Below, piece by piece: positions 48,267-57,897 of a DNA stretch of 64,000 nt (position 1 is the stretch's first letter; the number at the start of each line of letters is the position of its first letter). The DNA is taken from assembly GCA_046483495.1 (NCBI GenBank), contig JAWODC010000057.1, forward strand, positions 1 to 64,000, read 5' to 3'. Under the pieces are notes generated by a model. That model worked only from the letters and a program-made list of their open reading frames with translations, had not been told where the DNA came from and did no database searches. The DNA comes from Desulfobacterales bacterium (lineage in GTDB: Bacteria; Desulfobacterota; Desulfobacteria; Desulfobacterales; UBA5616). A program made the translations under genes and the position numbers.

Positions 48267-50227
48267 GCTTTGCGGAGAACGAAATGAAGCCGAAAAGAAA
48301 TGTTTACCTGAACATGAAAACACTGGAGGAGGCCGGAGAGATTCTGCTGGATGCCTTTCCGCGTAACCGGAATCCGGCGCATGAAACGGTGGACACCGTC
48401 GATGCCGTCGATCGAATTTTATCCGGTCCGGTATTTGCCGAAATGTCATCGCCGAATTTCCATGCCGCAGCTATGGACGGCATTGCCGTTAAAGCCGCCG
48501 TTACGTTCGGCGCCCACGAGGCAAATCCCAAAGTGTTGCGGGTCGGCAAAGAAGCCCACTTTATCAACACCGGTCATGTTATGCCGAAAGAAACCGATGC
48601 GGTCATTATGATCGAACATATTCAGGTGCCGGATGCCGGAAGGGTCGTCATCGAATCACCGGTAGTGCCGTGGCAGAACGTCCGCAAAATGGGAGAAGAT
48701 ATCGTTGCAACCGAATTGTTGTTTTCCCGGAATCACAAGGTCAGCCCGTACAGTATCGGGGCACTGCTTTCAGCCGGCGTATTCAACGTGAATGTCCTGA
48801 AAAAGCCGAAAATCATGATTATCCCCACAGGTTCGGAACTGGTTGATTGGCACCGGACAGACATTCATCACATGCCTGCCGGACGGGTCATCGAAACCAA
48901 TTCGTTCGTATTGGGCAAAATGGCGGAAGCGGCCGGCGCCGAATGGGTCCGTCATGAACGCATCATGGACGATATCCTCCGGATAAAATCGGCTGCAGAA
49001 AAGGCCCTTTCGGATGATTTCGACATGGTACTCATTCTGGGGGGATCGTCCGCCGGTTCCGAGGATTATTCACGACCTGTGATCGAGGCCCTGGGCAGCG
49101 TGTTGGTCCACGGGGTTACAATGATGCCCGGTAAACCGGTTGTGATCGGAAAAGCCTCCGGAAGGCCCATTTTCGGTGTTCCCGGATATCCTGTCTCCGC
49201 TATTATCGTATTTGAACAGCTTATCCGGCCTGTCATTCTGAACATGCTTGGTCAGACCGATGATCCAAGGCCGGTGGTTCCGGTAAAGCCCACGCGAAAA
49301 ATCGCCTCTAAACTGGGCACAGAGGAATTTCTCCGCGTCAAGCTCGGCCGGGTGGAGGACCGCATTGTCGCCACCCCCCTTCCCAGGGGGGCCGGCAGCA
49401 TCACCACCCTCACCGAAGCGGACGGCATTATTCGCATTCCGCACCACATCGAAGGATTGAAAGATGATGACCCGGTGACCGCCGAATTGCTCCGGCCGCT
49501 GTCCACCATCCAAAACACCATCGTGATTGTCGGGAGCCATGATAACACCCTGGACATTTTGGCGGATGAAATCCGGTGCCGGCATGACGGCATCGCGCTT
49601 TCCTCGAGCCATGTGGGAAGCATGGGCGGACTGACGGCCGTAAAAAGGCGTCTTTGCCATCTAGCAGGCTCCCACCTGCTGGATACGGAAACCGGCGGCT
49701 ATAACATCAGCTACGTCAAGAAATATTTGCCGGAAACGCCGGTTTGCCTCGTGAATCTCGTACTCCGGGATCAGGGGTTCATCATTCCCAAAAACAATCC
49801 CAAACACATTACCGGAATCGAGGACCTTTGCCGTGACGACATTCGATTCATCAACCGTCAGGCCGGATCGGGAACGCGGATATTGTTGGATTTTCAGCTG
49901 GCCCGCGCAGGCATTTCACCCGACCGCATCCGGGGATATCACCATGACGAATTCACCCATATGGCCGTTGCCGTAGCCGTTTTGAGCGGGGCTGCCGATG
50001 TGGGATTGGGCATACATGCCGCAGCCGGAGCTCTTGATCTGGCATTTATTCCCTTGATTACGGAACAATACGATCTGATCATTCCCGAGCAGTTTATGAA
50101 TACGCCCAATATCCGGCTGCTCATTGAAACCATTCAATCAGGCAATTTTAAACGCCGGGTCCTCGCTTTAGGCGGATATCATACTGAAAAAACGGGGACC
50201 GTTGTATGGCGGTCAACCGGCGCCTGA
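48263..50227 (+). CDS. moeA: MoeA fused to a C-terminal periplasmic-binding-fold (PBP) domain
   Basis: AAMDGIAV, PTGSE and PGKP, then VGSHD..HVGSMGGL..FINRQAGSGTR. Start is 48263 or 48284; the ORF-track extension overlaps the upstream gene. Confidence 0.9.
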   Translation: MSFAENEMKPKRNVYLNMKTLEEAGEILLDAFPRNRNPAHETVDTVDAVDRILSGPVFAEMSSPNFHAAAMDGIAVKAAVTFGAHEANPKVLRVGKEAHFINTGHVMPKETDAVIMIEHIQVPDAGRVVIESPVVPWQNVRKMGEDIVATELLFSRNHKVSPYSIGALLSAGVFNVNVLKKPKIMIIPTGSELVDWHRTDIHHMPAGRVIETNSFVLGKMAEAAGAEWVRHERIMDDILRIKSAAEKALSDDFDMVLILGGSSAGSEDYSRPVIEALGSVLVHGVTMMPGKPVVIGKASGRPIFGVPGYPVSAIIVFEQLIRPVILNMLGQTDDPRPVVPVKPTRKIASKLGTEEFLRVKLGRVEDRIVATPLPRGAGSITTLTEADGIIRIPHHIEGLKDDDPVTAELLRPLSTIQNTIVIVGSHDNTLDILADEIRCRHDGIALSSSHVGSMGGLTAVKRRLCHLAGSHLLDTETGGYNISYVKKYLPETPVCLVNLVLRDQGFIIPKNNPKHITGIEDLCRDDIRFINRQAGSGTRILLDFQLARAGISPDRIRGYHHDEFTHMAVAVAVLSGAADVGLGIHAAAGALDLAFIPLITEQYDLIIPEQFMNTPNIRLLIETIQSGNFKRRVLALGGYHTEKTGTVVWRSTGA

Positions 50228-50252
50228 AAAAGATTTCTTCGCCCCTTCGAAT

Positions 50253-50666
50253 ATGGTAGATTATTTTTTATTAAATCACACGGCGGATATAGGCATCACC
50301 GTTTTCGGCGCTGACCTGGACCATCTTTACAAAAATGCCGGGTACGCCATGTTCGATTTGATTGTTCAAGCGAATGCCGCCGGCATCCAGGATGTCTTTA
50401 AGGTAACGGCGGAAGGTGAGGACTGGCCGGATCTTATGGTGGCCTGGTTAAGGGAGCTTCTCTATTTATGGAGCGGAAAAGAGCAAATCGTAAACGCTAT
50501 TTCGATCGTAACGTCGCCTTATACCGTTTCAGCCGATATCCGGTGCACACCTTTCGATGCGAGTCGCCACTCCGTTCGACATGACATCAAGGCGGTTACC
50601 TATCACCGAATCAGCGTGGAACAGACCGCCGGCGGATGGAAATCCACCATTATTTTTGATGTTTGA
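50253..50666 (+). CDS. Archease
   Basis: HTADIG, WLRELLY, IKAVTYH and terminal IFDV. Confidence 0.92.
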   Translation: MVDYFLLNHTADIGITVFGADLDHLYKNAGYAMFDLIVQANAAGIQDVFKVTAEGEDWPDLMVAWLRELLYLWSGKEQIVNAISIVTSPYTVSADIRCTPFDASRHSVRHDIKAVTYHRISVEQTAGGWKSTIIFDV

Positions 50667-50675
50667 CATATACCA

Positions 50676-52115
50676 ATGACGTTCAAACTTAAAAAGATCG
50701 ACAATTTTCGATGGGAACTGCCGAAAACGGGCATGATGCGGGTTCCGGGCATTATTTATACGGGCGCCCCGCTGATCAATGCCGTCGAAAATGAAGAAGC
50801 ATTGAAGCAGGTTGCCAATGTCGCGACATTGCCGGGAATTGTAAAAGCCGCCATGGCCATGCCCGATATACACTGGGGATACGGTTTTCCAATCGGGGGA
50901 GTGGCCGCCTTTGATTGTGATGAAGGGGTGATTTCACCCGGGGGAGTGGGCTACGACATCAACTGCGGCGTTCGTTTGGCCGGCACTCAGCTGCATAAGA
51001 CGGACATCGACGGAAAAGTGAAGAAACTTGCCGATGAACTTTATCGTTCTATACCTTCGGGCGTGGGCAGCACAGGTGCCATAACGCTGAGCCTGAAAGA
51101 GGAAAAACAGGTGCTCTTGAAGGGAAGCCGTTGGGCGGTTGAAAACGGCTTCGGCGAAGAGGGTGATATTCTTCATGCCGAAGATCAGGGGTGCATGGAA
51201 AATGCCGACCCGGAGACAGTTGGGGACCGGGCCCTCGAAAGGGGACGCAAACAACTCGGCACCCTGGGATCGGGGAATCATTTTCTGGAAGTTGGTATTG
51301 TAGACACGGTATATGATGCAAAAGCCGCAAAGGGCATGGGGCTTTTTGAAGGCCAGGTGACCTTCCTCCTGCACTCCGGCTCCAGGGGTCTGGGATACCA
51401 GATCTGCGACGATTCTTTGATGGAAATGACACGTCATCTGCATCAGTCCTTTCCGAATATACCGGATCGACAGCTCGCCTGCGCCCGCATTCAGTCGGAG
51501 GCCGGCACGCGGTACTATAACGCCATGGCCTGCGCGGCGAATTATGCGTGGACCAATCGTCAGATCCTGCTTCACAGGACCAGAGAGGTATGTTACCGCT
51601 TTTTCGGCATCAGTCCGAAAACCCTCGACATGCGCCTGGTCTATGACGTCTGCCATAATATCGCAAAAAAAGAGCTTCACCACGTCAATGGTGAAGAACG
51701 CCTGCTCTGCGTTCATCGAAAAGGCGCCACCCGTGCTTTCGGACCCGGTCATAAAGACCTTGCCGGTGATTACCGGGATATCGGACAGCCCATTCTGATT
51801 CCCGGTGACATGGGTACGGCCAGTTATGTCATGAAAGGCACCCAAACAGCCATGGAAGAGACCTTCGGCTCCACCTGTCATGGCGCGGGTCGCGTACTCA
51901 GCCGCAAAGCCGCCAAAAAAGCAAGCAAAGGGCGTTCGATTTATCGCGAACTGGAAGATAAGGGCATCATTGTCAGGTGGACCGGGAAATCCACCATGGC
52001 GGAGGAAATGCCGGATGCCTATAAAAACATTTCCCACGTCGTCGATATTGTCCATGGAGCCGGGATAAGCCTTAAAGTGGCAAAGCTCAGACCGTTGATC
52101 GTTGTGAAAGGGTAG
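50676..52115 (+). CDS. rtcB: RtcB RNA ligase
   Basis: MPDIHWGYGFPIGG, GYDINCG, GSGNHFLE, HSGSRG, HRKGAT and STCHGAGR. Confidence 0.95.
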   Translation: MTFKLKKIDNFRWELPKTGMMRVPGIIYTGAPLINAVENEEALKQVANVATLPGIVKAAMAMPDIHWGYGFPIGGVAAFDCDEGVISPGGVGYDINCGVRLAGTQLHKTDIDGKVKKLADELYRSIPSGVGSTGAITLSLKEEKQVLLKGSRWAVENGFGEEGDILHAEDQGCMENADPETVGDRALERGRKQLGTLGSGNHFLEVGIVDTVYDAKAAKGMGLFEGQVTFLLHSGSRGLGYQICDDSLMEMTRHLHQSFPNIPDRQLACARIQSEAGTRYYNAMACAANYAWTNRQILLHRTREVCYRFFGISPKTLDMRLVYDVCHNIAKKELHHVNGEERLLCVHRKGATRAFGPGHKDLAGDYRDIGQPILIPGDMGTASYVMKGTQTAMEETFGSTCHGAGRVLSRKAAKKASKGRSIYRELEDKGIIVRWTGKSTMAEEMPDAYKNISHVVDIVHGAGISLKVAKLRPLIVVKG

Positions 52116-52116
52116 T

Positions 52117-52941
52117 ATGGAAATTATTCAAGCCGCTGTCTTAGGCCTGGTTCAGGGAATCACCGAGTTTTTACCGATCAGCAGCTCCGGACACCTGGTC
52201 CTTTTTCAACACCTTTTCGGGCTGACCGAACCCCACCTCGAATTCGGTATCGCCGTTCATATCGGCACCCTTTTGGCTGTTGTTCTTTTTTTCTTCGGAA
52301 ACATCCGATCCCTGGTTGCGACACTTGTACGGTTTCTTCTTCAAGCGGTGCGCCGAAACCGGCCGGATCCAATCGGTTACGCCCGCCTGGATTTGAAAAT
52401 GGCGGCCCTGATCGGCGTCGGCTGTATTCCGACCGCATTGATCGGGCTTGCGTTTTACCGCATCTCCGACACGCTTTTTTCTTCCATCTCTTTGGTGGGT
52501 GTGATGCTGATAATCACCGGGATTTTGCTTTATCTGACGCGATGGAAAAAAAAAGCGGAAAAAACAATCCAGACGTTTACCCTTACCGATGCGCTGATTA
52601 TCGGACTGGTGCAGGGAATGGCCATACTGCCCGGCATATCCCGATCCGGCGCAACGATAGCTGCAGCCGTTTTTTTGGGTATACGAAAAGAAATCGCGGC
52701 CGAATTCTCGTTTCTGCTCTCCATTCCGGCGATTCTCGGTGCCGGCGCGTTTATGGTGAAGGATGTTGTCGGGGAACCGGGTCCGTGGAATCTGAATGTT
52801 CTTTTGGCAGGTTCGCTCGTATCAGCCATTGTAGGGTACTTTTCCCTGTACGTCCTGGTTTTTATGATTAAAAAAGGGAGGCTTCATTTCTTTGCGCCGT
52901 ACTGCTGGCTTCTGGGGGCGGCCGTATTTATTATCATTTAA
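52117..52941 (+). CDS. uppP: Undecaprenyl-diphosphate phosphatase
   Basis: QGITEFLPISSSGHL, PGISRSGAT and FSFLLSIP. Confidence 0.95.
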   Translation: MEIIQAAVLGLVQGITEFLPISSSGHLVLFQHLFGLTEPHLEFGIAVHIGTLLAVVLFFFGNIRSLVATLVRFLLQAVRRNRPDPIGYARLDLKMAALIGVGCIPTALIGLAFYRISDTLFSSISLVGVMLIITGILLYLTRWKKKAEKTIQTFTLTDALIIGLVQGMAILPGISRSGATIAAAVFLGIRKEIAAEFSFLLSIPAILGAGAFMVKDVVGEPGPWNLNVLLAGSLVSAIVGYFSLYVLVFMIKKGRLHFFAPYCWLLGAAVFIII

Positions 52942-52964
52942 AAGAGACAGACAAGGAGTGAACG

Positions 52965-54317
52965 ATGAATCCTGACATTTTTCGGGAATACGACATCAGG
53001 GGTATCGCAGAAAAGGATATGACCATAGAAGAAGTGCTGTTAATCGGCAGAGGCATCGGAACTTATCTAAGGCGGCATAACTGTTCGAAAATCACCGTTG
53101 GAAGGGACTGCCGTCTCACCTCCAGTGATTATGCCGACAAAATTATCGAAGGGCTCATGTCAACGGGATGCAGCGTAACCGATCTGGGCGTTTGTCCCAC
53201 CCCTGTGTTTTATTTTTCGATACGCCATTTCCGGCAAGAAGGCGGCGTGATGATCACCGCCAGCCATAACCCTGGAGAGTATAACGGCTTCAAAGTATGC
53301 AAGGAATTGGATTCGCTTTACGGCGATGAGTTGAAAAAAATTCTCGACATCATCGAAAACCGTGATTTTGCAGCCGGAAAAGGATCATGCCGGAGCGACG
53401 ACATTATCCCGCCGTACAAAAAATACATCATCGACAACATATCAATTTCAAAACCTCTGAGAATCGGCGTCGATGCAGGAAACGGCACGGCCGGTGTCGT
53501 GGCGGTTCCGATATTGAAAGAACTGGGATGCGAGGTGCATGACCTCTACTGCGACATGGACGGAACATTCCCGAATCATGAAGCGGACCCCACCGTCGAA
53601 AAAAACCTGACCGACCTTATCCGGCTGGTCGCCGATAAAAATCTGGATGGCGGTATCGGCTTTGACGGGGATGGTGATCGCATCGGCGTTGTGGATGAAA
53701 AGGGGAACATCGTCTATGGCGATCGGCTGATGATTATTTTCTCCCGGGAAATTCTTTCCAGAAAGCCCGGAGCGGTATTCATCTCCGAAGTAAAATGTTC
53801 CCAGACCCTGTATGACGACATCGAAAAACACGGCGGAAAACCGATCATGTGGCGGACCGGCCATTCCCTGATCAAAAAAAAGATGAAGGAAGAAAACGCC
53901 GCCTTGGCCGGTGAAATGAGCGGCCACATGTTTTTTGCAGACCGGTATTTTGGATTCGACGACGCGACGTATGCCTGCTGTCGTCTGCTCGAAATTATGG
54001 CCGATTCCGGGAAAACGATATCCGAACTGCTGGCCGATATTCCCCAAACGTTCACGACACCGGAAATACGGGTGGACTGTCCTGATCGCATCAAATTCAA
54101 GGTGGTCAAGCAAATCACCGATCATTTCAAAAAAACCCATGAGGTCATCGACATCGACGGAGCCCGGGTCTTGTTTGGGGATGGGTGGGGTCTGGTCAGG
54201 GCATCCAACACCCAACCGGCCCTCGTGCTTCGCTTTGAAGCCCTCTCCCGAAACCGGTTACAGGAAATCCGGCAAACCGTTGAATCGGCGCTCAAAATCA
54301 TCAGTGATCGATTCTGA
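52965..54317 (+). CDS. Phosphomannomutase/phosphoglucomutase
   Basis: FREYDIRG, ITASHNP, FDGDGDR, GEMSGH and RASNTQP. Confidence 0.95.
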   Translation: MNPDIFREYDIRGIAEKDMTIEEVLLIGRGIGTYLRRHNCSKITVGRDCRLTSSDYADKIIEGLMSTGCSVTDLGVCPTPVFYFSIRHFRQEGGVMITASHNPGEYNGFKVCKELDSLYGDELKKILDIIENRDFAAGKGSCRSDDIIPPYKKYIIDNISISKPLRIGVDAGNGTAGVVAVPILKELGCEVHDLYCDMDGTFPNHEADPTVEKNLTDLIRLVADKNLDGGIGFDGDGDRIGVVDEKGNIVYGDRLMIIFSREILSRKPGAVFISEVKCSQTLYDDIEKHGGKPIMWRTGHSLIKKKMKEENAALAGEMSGHMFFADRYFGFDDATYACCRLLEIMADSGKTISELLADIPQTFTTPEIRVDCPDRIKFKVVKQITDHFKKTHEVIDIDGARVLFGDGWGLVRASNTQPALVLRFEALSRNRLQEIRQTVESALKIISDRF

Positions 54318-54396
54318 TGATGCCGCAGCAAGCTGTCTAAAAACAAGGCGGAGCAGCACCGGGGGCATACTCAACTGCAGGCCGTTCCGAGGTGCA

Positions 54397-55266
54397 TCAA
54401 TCCGCCTTGTGCTTGTGCCACTTTTCAGACAATATCTGCGCGTAAAGCCTGCGGGTTCCCGAATCAAACATCTGCTCGGCACGCGCCCTTCTTTCGGCTT
54501 CCACCTCGAAAAATCCGAAAAGCCTTTCATGCACTTTTCGGACGATTTCTTCTCTGCCCATGCCTTTTTTGATCATGGCTTCGGTCATAAACCACAGGCG
54601 TGTAAAGTATTCGATGAACCTCTCCAATTCATCCGCTCCGCATACCTCCCCATGGCCGGGAACAATGATTTCGACATCGTGAGACGCCATGCAGTTCAGG
54701 GCTGCAATCCATTGCGCGAAATCCGCGTCACCCTTATATGGATGCATCCCGGCCGTCAGATTGTCACCGGCAAACAGCACGTTTTCATTTTCAATATAGA
54801 TGCAAATGCTGCCCGGGGCATGACCGCCCACGTGGATCAAACGAATCACGTCCTCCCCGACATGGAGGATCATTTCTTTTTCGAACGTAATTTTCGGACG
54901 CACCAGGGGCGCCGAAAGGATAAAATCGACCTCCTTCTTCGTTCTTCCAGGCGCCGTCGGGGCCATTTCCTCTCGAAGGGTGCCGCCGGGTCTTTGCATG
55001 TGGGCCAATGCGGTCTCATGCATAATGAGGCAGCCGCCCATCGCCTCATTCCCAATGATGTGATCGTAATGATGATGCGTGGCGATGGTATAGCGCTCGT
55101 TTTCCGCCTCGAGTCCCGAGATGAATACGAGCCAATGCCGTATATCCTTTGGAAGCATGGGGGAGTCCACCAGAACCTGACCTCCACCCGTCTGAATACA
55201 GGCGACATTCGCCCCGTCATACGCCGTATTGGCATAAATATGCTTTTTGATTTTTTCGATTGCCAT
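54397..55266 (-). CDS. MBL-fold metallo-hydrolase
   Basis: THHHYDH, GHAPG, FAGD and VPGHG. Confidence 0.9.
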   Translation of the reverse strand: MAIEKIKKHIYANTAYDGANVACIQTGGGQVLVDSPMLPKDIRHWLVFISGLEAENERYTIATHHHYDHIIGNEAMGGCLIMHETALAHMQRPGGTLREEMAPTAPGRTKKEVDFILSAPLVRPKITFEKEMILHVGEDVIRLIHVGGHAPGSICIYIENENVLFAGDNLTAGMHPYKGDADFAQWIAALNCMASHDVEIIVPGHGEVCGADELERFIEYFTRLWFMTEAMIKKGMGREEIVRKVHERLFGFFEVEAERRARAEQMFDSGTRRLYAQILSEKWHKHKAD

Positions 55267-55324
55267 GGTTCACCCCCGCATGTCCGTATGCGTTCGATGC
55301 ATAATGGTTCACATACCACCGGAC

Positions 55325-55353
55325 TGGACACATCGTCAAGAAATGGTTATAAT
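55325..55353 (+). promoter_or_regulatory. Sigma-70 promoter of the microprotein gene
   Basis: TGGACA-N17-TATAAT. Confidence 0.65.
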
Positions 55354-55377
55354 GATGAAAAATTACAGGAGGTAATG

Positions 55378-55527
55378 ATGGAAGCCATAATTATGCTGTT
55401 GATTTTAGTGGGAGGATGGATCCTACTGCAGGCGTATATACTGCCTAAAATGGGAATCTCCACGTGAATGCGCCCCGCCTGTCGGGAGACGGGAAAAAAA
55501 CAATCCAAAACCGAAGATGAGGGATAA
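55378..55527 (+). CDS. Probable 49-aa single-TM selenoprotein (T-U-M-x-x-x-C)
   Basis: AGGAGG RBS, then MEAIIMLLILVGGWILLQAYILPKMGIST-TGA-MRPACRETGKKQSKTEDEG-TAA. A hairpin follows the TGA, and the terminator begins right after the TAA. Confidence 0.62.
55478..55493 (+). promoter_or_regulatory. SECIS-like hairpin
   Basis: CCTGTC-GGGA-GACGGG, 10 nt after TGA 55465-55467. Confidence 0.55.
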
Positions 55528-55530
55528 TTA

Positions 55531-55566
55531 AAAACGCCGGGAAACAATTCCCGGCGTTTTCATTTT
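55531..55566. terminator. Bidirectional intrinsic terminator
   Basis: AAAACGCCGGGAA-ACAA-TTCCCGGCGTTTT between convergent genes. Confidence 0.8.
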
Positions 55567-55612
55567 CAGGGGGCGATGCCTGTTATAGGCGCTTTTTCTT
55601 ATACAGCTTTAT

Positions 55613-56131
55613 TTAGAACCTGTAATGGACACCCGCCGTTACATTGATCCCGTCCAGTTTAAGTTCCGCATCCATATCATCGATATCAACATTGATAAAA
55701 TTGTAGCCGACTTCCCAGTTGAAACCCAGTTCCGGGAGTCCCTGAAAGCTGTATTCGGCACCGAGCATCGGACCGGCCATCCAGAGATTATCATCGGTAA
55801 AATCATCGATGTCGTATTGACCGTAAGCGAAATCGGCTCCGACATAGAACTTGCTGTTTTCACGGATCACGGCCGCATACATCAATTTGGCATCCAAGAT
55901 CCATATATCGGCTTCGAGGTCAGGACCGTCGACATCGGCATGGCCGTAGAAGAAGGTTCCCTCGTATCCAAATGCATCGCTCCATCCACGAACGCTGATA
56001 CCGCTTAGGAGATTGCTACCGGTACCGATCAGCCCTTGATATCCGACACTCAGCTCCTGTGCACCTGCCGAACCCACGCCAAAAGCCAGTGCTACCACCA
56101 ACGCTAAAACCCACAACGATCTTTTCATCAT
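55613..56131 (-). CDS. Outer-membrane beta-barrel protein
   Basis: Signal peptide ending AGA-Q, alternating beta-strand pattern and C-terminal GVHYRF. Confidence 0.8.
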   Translation of the reverse strand: MMKRSLWVLALVVALAFGVGSAGAQELSVGYQGLIGTGSNLLSGISVRGWSDAFGYEGTFFYGHADVDGPDLEADIWILDAKLMYAAVIRENSKFYVGADFAYGQYDIDDFTDDNLWMAGPMLGAEYSFQGLPELGFNWEVGYNFINVDIDDMDAELKLDGINVTAGVHYRF

Positions 56132-56347
56132 TTTCTCTCTCCTTTCTCCACCGCGCCCCTGAAACCGAAATGATATGTCGATTAGTGCTTTTTATTTGAT
56201 TTGTCAATCCATTTCGGCATAAATGGTATAAATATAACTTAATTATTACTATCTTTAACATTTTATGAACTTTGTTTAGTTGTTATGGTGTGTTATATTC
56301 GCAGTTTAATAGGGGGTGTAAGGTGGCTTCAGGAAGGTATGGATCCG

Positions 56348-56896
56348 TTATCGGGAAAGGCGGGAATCCCTCGTCAATGACGACATGTATTCCCGGTACA
56401 CGCGGTAATCCTTATCGGAAAAAAGGATGAAATACACCTTTTTGGGAGTGGCCCGGTTTTCCTTCAAAAAATCGATGGTGGTATCGATAGCGATGCTGCA
56501 GGCTTTGGCTATGGGATAGCCGTATACACCGCAGCTGATCGCCGGAAATGCAATCGATTGTATATCGTTCTGTGCCGCCAGCGCCAGGCTGTTCCGATAG
56601 CAGGATGCGAGCAGCATGGGGTCCTCGGGACGGTTTCGGTAAATCGGCCCCACGGTGTGGATGACATAAGCGGAAGGCAGATGATAGCCTTTTGTTATGC
56701 GCGCTTCTCCTGTCGGGCACCCGCCGAGGGTTTTGCATTCGGCCAGCAGTTCGGGCCCGGCGGCTCGATGAATGGCGCCGTCTACGCCACCGCCTCCAAG
56801 AAGGGAGCTATTGGCGGCATTGACGATTGCATCGGCCGTTACTGCGGTAATATCCGCTTGGAGGATCTCGATTCGGTTCAAACTTTCAGGGTCCAT
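56348..56896 (-). CDS. Macro domain O-acetyl-ADP-ribose deacetylase (YmdB-like)
   Basis: [27 protein letters not shown] and [11 protein letters not shown]. Confidence 0.93.
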   Translation of the reverse strand: MDPESLNRIEILQADITAVTADAIVNAANSSLLGGGGVDGAIHRAAGPELLAECKTLGGCPTGEARITKGYHLPSAYVIHTVGPIYRNRPEDPMLLASCYRNSLALAAQNDIQSIAFPAISCGVYGYPIAKACSIAIDTTIDFLKENRATPKKVYFILFSDKDYRVYREYMSSLTRDSRLSR

Positions 56897-56944
56897 AGCC
56901 GCTCCTTCGCGCCGGGAGGGTGATATGGCCTGCCAACCGGCCTC

Positions 56945-57433
56945 CTATAAATCGTAAAGCGTATCGTCATGCACCGGACGGAATACTTTCACTTGCTTGC
57001 CCTGGGTCCCCGGCATCAAAAAAGGATCTTCACTCTCCAGTATATCTCCCAGTTCGGCCTCGACCGTTTCGGGATCCTCTCCCTTTTCCATTCGGCTGAG
57101 CGCCTCCTCCATTCCGGAGCCCAGTTTAAGGCCGGACATATCGGACAATTTTCGCATCAATGCGGCCGCCTGTCTGGGGTCGTCCTCGTTGACGTTCTCC
57201 GCCTCGCCCGCCAGCATATTCATTGCCTTCTCCATTTTTGATTCGTCAAACGGGAAATCGCTCTCATCCTCCGAATCTTTTGCTTTTCCCGTAATGGCAA
57301 ACAGGCTTACCTGGCGCGTCAGTTTTCGAGTTTTGCATTTCGGGCAGTCCGGATTTTTTTTGGTGTTAACGGTTTTGGAAAAAAAATTGAAGATCCTATT
57401 GCAGTTATCGCAGTAAAATTCGTATATCGGCAT
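56945..57433 (-). CDS. FmdB family zinc-ribbon protein
   Basis: MPIYEFYCDNC..CPKC. Confidence 0.85.
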   Translation of the reverse strand: MPIYEFYCDNCNRIFNFFSKTVNTKKNPDCPKCKTRKLTRQVSLFAITGKAKDSEDESDFPFDESKMEKAMNMLAGEAENVNEDDPRQAAALMRKLSDMSGLKLGSGMEEALSRMEKGEDPETVEAELGDILESEDPFLMPGTQGKQVKVFRPVHDDTLYDL

Positions 57434-57672
57434 ATTCCAAGCCCCCCCGGCATCGACATGCCGCCGAAATCAGGTATCCAACCGAATCTCACAGCGGCAC
57501 GGCATTGATTGGACCAACAGGCGAACGTACATTGGAAATATAAAAATCAAGACGAAATTTGTCAACTTCATTCTCATTGCGATCTTTCATTCTCCAGACC
57601 TTCAAACGGCCATGCGGTTCGAAGATCCGGCAATACGTGTATCTGACAGCCGGATGGCCGGATTTTTGTGCA

Positions 57673-57701
57673 TTGACAAATTCAAATCATTTATTTATTT
57701 T
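57673..57701 (+). promoter_or_regulatory. Putative sigma-70 promoter upstream of the HesB-like gene
   Basis: TTGACA-N17-TATTTT. Confidence 0.5.
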
Positions 57702-57897
57702 AATGAGAATGCGATGGTATTGACCATCCACGGCATTTTCTTGGGCATTTTCTTGGATCGGTGACATGAATCAAAACTGTGTGATCGCTTCGTGAAAACT
57801 GCTTCGGATCAAAAGATGCCATTTTCAGATTGAAACCTGATAAGAACTATCGAATGGAACGGCTTCACATTCGGTAACAATCAAAAGGAGGAGACCC

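Noticed and set aside
2158..51432. Many long antisense or alternate-frame ORFs (e.g. 2158-3498, 7836-8774, 13658-15136, 24134-25033, 39796-40602, 50934-52055)
   Set aside because: They are shadows of well-supported genes and lack motifs or an RBS.
53935..55467. 510-aa plus-strand ORF
   Set aside because: It overlaps pgm out of frame and lies antisense to the MBL hydrolase, with no recognisable motifs. Only its last ~30 codons belong to a real gene, the microprotein.
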